DNA of 63,873 bases, filler included, from Rhabdomonas costata (taxonomy: Eukaryota), in NCBI GenBank assembly GCA_019059605.1. It is 58 parts of 58 records of this genome, joined end to end, with 100 filler letters (N's around TTAATTAATTAA, not from the genome) between each part and the next. Parts side by side here need not be neighbours in the genome. Positions count along the whole stretch, not along the records: positions 59,562 to 60,564 come from JAHMHO010034294.1; positions 60,665 to 61,667 come from JAHMHO010034295.1; positions 61,768 to 62,771 come from JAHMHO010034296.1; positions 62,872 to 63,873 come from JAHMHO010034297.1; 54 more parts are not named here. One strand, given 5' to 3'. The notes under the pieces were generated by a model. It was not told where the DNA came from and searched no databases. It saw nothing but the letters and a program-made list of their open reading frames with translations. This document shows positions 60,554-63,873 of this stretch, piece after piece (positions within the stretch are counted from its first letter, which is position 1; every line of letters starts with the position of its first letter). The position numbers and the translations under genes are program-made.

Positions 60554-62884
60554 CTCTCTGCTCTNNNNNNNNNNNNNNNNNNNNNNNNNNNNNNNNNNNN
60601 NNNNNNNNTTAATTAATTAANNNNNNNNNNNNNNNNNNNNNNNNNNNNNNNNNNNNNNNNNNNNGTGTGGGAATCTGTAGGGGGGGTTCGGGCCCTCTTT
60701 GCTGAGGGCGTGTGGACACCCGCAGGGGCCGGAATCTCCACGTGATTCTAACACTGTCTCTGCGGCGACCTGGTAGTGCACGAGTGGCACCTCCCGTTCC
60801 AGCGCGACCACGGATAGGCTGATGGAGCAGCTTCCTCTCCCGGTTTGTGAGGGCCAAAGAATCCCAGCCGCTCAATAACCCCGCCTGCGATGTCCAGTGG
60901 AGTCACCCTACCCGAGGTGATGGAGCCATCAGGGAGCCTGCCTGCCTGAATGGTGGAATGGTGGAAGTTTGAATGCGGGCATGTGTGGTGGGGGTTGGGG
61001 TGGGAGTGCTGCGTTTCGCCATTTCGGCGTACAATGCTTCGTGGCGGTCGCCTCGTCAACTTTTTTGCTCTTGAACCGATTTACGAATTTATTAAACACA
61101 TTCAAAGCCTCAACTGATATGTGCTCTTTAGAACGATATCATCTGATCTCCTCACCAACTATTTCGACTAACAAACTTCTAAGCTACTACGAAAATCTTG
61201 TCTGGATTACCAAGCTGTCTCATTTATCTACTACTACAAAGCGTTTTTCCTACGTATGCTGAGCCGTTACACCCTCACCTGTTAGGAATGATTATCACTC
61301 CAATAACTACAACGGCTCAGCTCTTCTAGCTTAATGATTCTTACCACAAGAAGGCTTAACTTTATACGATCCGAACTTCCGCTTCTCTTTGCGAAAAGCT
61401 TGCACCATGCGAAACAAAACGGCACTCCACCTCCACAATAACATTTTCCATCGCTCAACGTTCCGCTGCAACAACACCAACGCCATAGAATGCATTTCAT
61501 TAGCGAAAGTACTCCCTGCTGCTCCACTTGAAAAGTAACAACACACAGCAACAAATACAATTCACTCATCTCTTCGTCCAACACTACGAAATGTTCTGCT
61601 ATCAAATAATAAGAAGCTCCAAGAAGTTCATTCTTCACAAACCATCATCACCAACCACCCCCACACANNNNNNNNNNNNNNNNNNNNNNNNNNNNNNNNN
61701 NNNNNNNNNNNTTAATTAATTAANNNNNNNNNNNNNNNNNNNNNNNNNNNNNNNNNNNNNNNNNNNNGGTGACCTGACGGTTGTGGTGCTTTCTCTTCCT
61801 GCTGGGGTGGCGGGGCTACGAGGGTGCGCAAGCTTCAACTCCAAAACCCAAACCTCTTGGCAAACTGCCTGCGAGTGGGCTGCCCTTCCGCGTGCCGTGC
61901 CTTCATGCTTTTTTCGCGTCTTTTCCACTTTCCTTCACAACCCTTTCTCTCACTGTCTCGCTAGAGGGTCTTGCCATTCTCTCTTTCTCCGGTTCGGCCT
62001 TCTCTCCACTTTCCATCTCTCGCTTTGCTTTTTTGTGGGGAGTGGTGTCAAATACTCGGGCTGTGCTTTTTCCGACTTGCCTCGGTCAGAAGTCCTTGCT
62101 CTGGCTTCCCCATCGTCCTCAACTTTCTTCCCAGTCAACTGCTCCCATATATCTTCCGTGACTTCCTCCACTGGCTTTATCCAAATGCTCCACTACTTCA
62201 TCAACTCTTGAGCTTTTCTGAAGTCTCATCTCACCAACAGAATTTATCTCTGCTCTTGCAGCAACAACGATCTCCGATCTTATCAACTCAAGCGCTGAAC
62301 TTCCAATCTTTAGCTGGTCAACCATTCCACTGAAATCTCGTATATCGACCACTCTGTCTACTCCGTCGAAAATGACTCTGAAAATTATAATGACTGCGAA
62401 CACCAACGTGTTCTTTATCTTTTTATCCACTCGAAGACTCTCCTACGTGTCCTGAGCCGTTACACACTCCCCTGCTATGGCGTAGGGCGTCTCTCTGACG
62501 ATCGACGACCGATCTCTCTAACGGCTCGCATCCACAATATAGCTCTGCTCCACTCCACAGTATATCTTGTTTCACTCCCTCTCTCGCACGTTTATCCTCT
62601 CATGGAAAGTTTTGGATCCACACTGACTCTCTCTTTCGGTCTCTTTCCAATTTATCACCTCTTTATCACCTCTGAACATACGTCCACGTTGGTGGACGAA
62701 TTGGTCTCCTCGTCCACCTTTGGCTGCACTTCACCAGCTGAAACAAAAGGACAACAATAATCAACCACAAANNNNNNNNNNNNNNNNNNNNNNNNNNNNN
62801 NNNNNNNNNNNNNNNTTAATTAATTAANNNNNNNNNNNNNNNNNNNNNNNNNNNNNNNNNNNNNNNNNNNNGGGGGTGTTGGTG

Positions 62885-62960
62885 TTAGTGTTAGTGTTAG
62901 TGTTAGTGTTAGTGTTAGTGTTTAGTGTTAGTGTTTAGTGTTTAGTGTTAGTGTTTAGTG
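62885..62960 (+). repeat. Telomere-like (TTAGTG/TTTAGTG)12 array
   Basis: 8 TTAGTG and 4 TTTAGTG units, counted directly. Confidence 0.9.
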
Positions 62961-63254
62961 TTTGCGGGTGTTTTTGCTGCGCTTCCCTCTTGAGAAGGGG
63001 CGACTAATTGATACCCGGGATAATTGGTATTTGCTCCAGACGATCAGGGCTCCACTACCAGTTGATATCATTCGTTACCATTCATTGGGAGTTGCGAAGC
63101 TGAGGGTCAAACTGACTTCTTCTCTGCCCAGCCGTGTTTGGGTATGTTCGGGCTGCGGCCACCATTGCTGAATGAATTCATTGCGCGAAGCATTGTGATG
63201 CTCGTGGGGAGATTTGGTGTGACTGATCAGCCCGTGCTTGTCTATTGGACACAG

Positions 63255-63475
63255 GCGAGGTGTCCGCTGAGCAGCAGGAGGCATGGAACTCACTAGCGCT
63301 GCGTGAGTTCAGCATACCCTGGTACTACCATCAGAAGAAGATCGACACTCTGGAAAGGAAGCTGAACCTGTCCTTCAAGGACCCTGTTCTGCATTCCAAG
63401 TATCAGGGCAAATTAGAGGCTGCACAAGCTGCCCTGCAAGCCGCGCAGAATGCCGCATTGGAGGACCCGGAGCAG
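63255..63475 (+). CDS. Hypothetical protein exon
   Basis: CACAG|…EAWNSLALREFSIPWYYHQKKIDTLERKL…EDPEQ|GT, with coding-like codon usage. Confidence 0.55.
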
Positions 63476-63873
63476 GTTTCTGAGCATTCGAGAGCGACGG
63501 ATGATAGAAAAAGGGAAAGGAGCCTTGGTGCTCTCACAGAGGAACCTTTTGCAGGTTTTGAGAGGTGAGGTGCTGAGCACACAGCTCCCCAGATGTTCAC
63601 CGCTGCGCGCGAAAAAAAAACGACTCTAAGTGTAACGTTGTAGTGTCGGTTGTTCCCTTTGATCTCCCCCACCGAACCCAAGCGCGGGCCCCAGACCTAG
63701 ACAAAAGTTCAATTGAGAGCCTTTGATCAGATTCTAAGATTCTATCCAGTGAAATTACCTCCATATAAGTCCACAGAGTCTCAACCCCAAGGATCGGCCA
63801 CGCAGCGTACATACATGATCACAGGTCTTCTTCGCCTTAGCCCTCCCATAACATAACCCTGGGAACAAACCCC

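Noticed and set aside
1004..62871. Regularly spaced TTAATTAATTAA repeats separated by ~1-kb unique segments (CRISPR-like or nanochromosome-like periodicity)
   Set aside because: The motif is always embedded in fixed N runs, so it is an assembly linker. ORFs ending in X…LIN are artefacts of it.
1..63873. rRNA, tRNA, snRNA or spliced-leader RNA genes; most short ORFs in the supplied track
   Set aside because: No recognisable RNA gene was found by eye. Most listed ORFs are antisense or off-frame shadows of GC-rich exons, or intronic noise.

Overview
This window is not a continuous locus. It is an artificial concatenation of about 58 unrelated contigs of ~1,002-1,005 bp, each joined by a 100-nt spacer (44 N + TTAATTAATTAA + 44 N). 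Most contig starts are G/T-only, most ends are A/C-only, and several ends fold back on themselves. This points to whole-genome-amplified (probably single-cell) DNA. The source is an intron-rich eukaryote, and most contigs hold 1-3 short exons. Recognisable exon fragments include GH20 hexosaminidase, NAK-type kinase, GH47/EDEM, DHX37-like helicase, bromodomain, glucuronokinase, DGAT2, GcvT, PPR, ERGIC3/Erv46, Kelch, B3GNTL1/QTGAL, mL43, class III cyclase, carnitine acetyltransferase, HID1, M16 peptidase, two Cache-domain receptors, lipase 3, AP beta-adaptin, WDR26-like, a histidine kinase, myosin, GT8 and ankyrin. There is also a decayed Ty3/gypsy reverse transcriptase. The most notable signals are: (1) an unusual 5' splice-site consensus GT(G)YG, with none of 40 inferred donors reading GTAAG, plus at least one probable GC donor, suggestive (by inference) of a euglenid-type protist; (2) dense sampling of prokaryote-style Cache/histidine-kinase/cyclase signalling genes; (3) a QTGAL-like tRNA-modifying enzyme in a protist; (4) repeat families recognisable because they recur in different contigs. 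No operon-like system can be inferred from neighbourhood, because adjacency across spacers is meaningless. All protein assignments come from motif recognition by eye, not from database searches.
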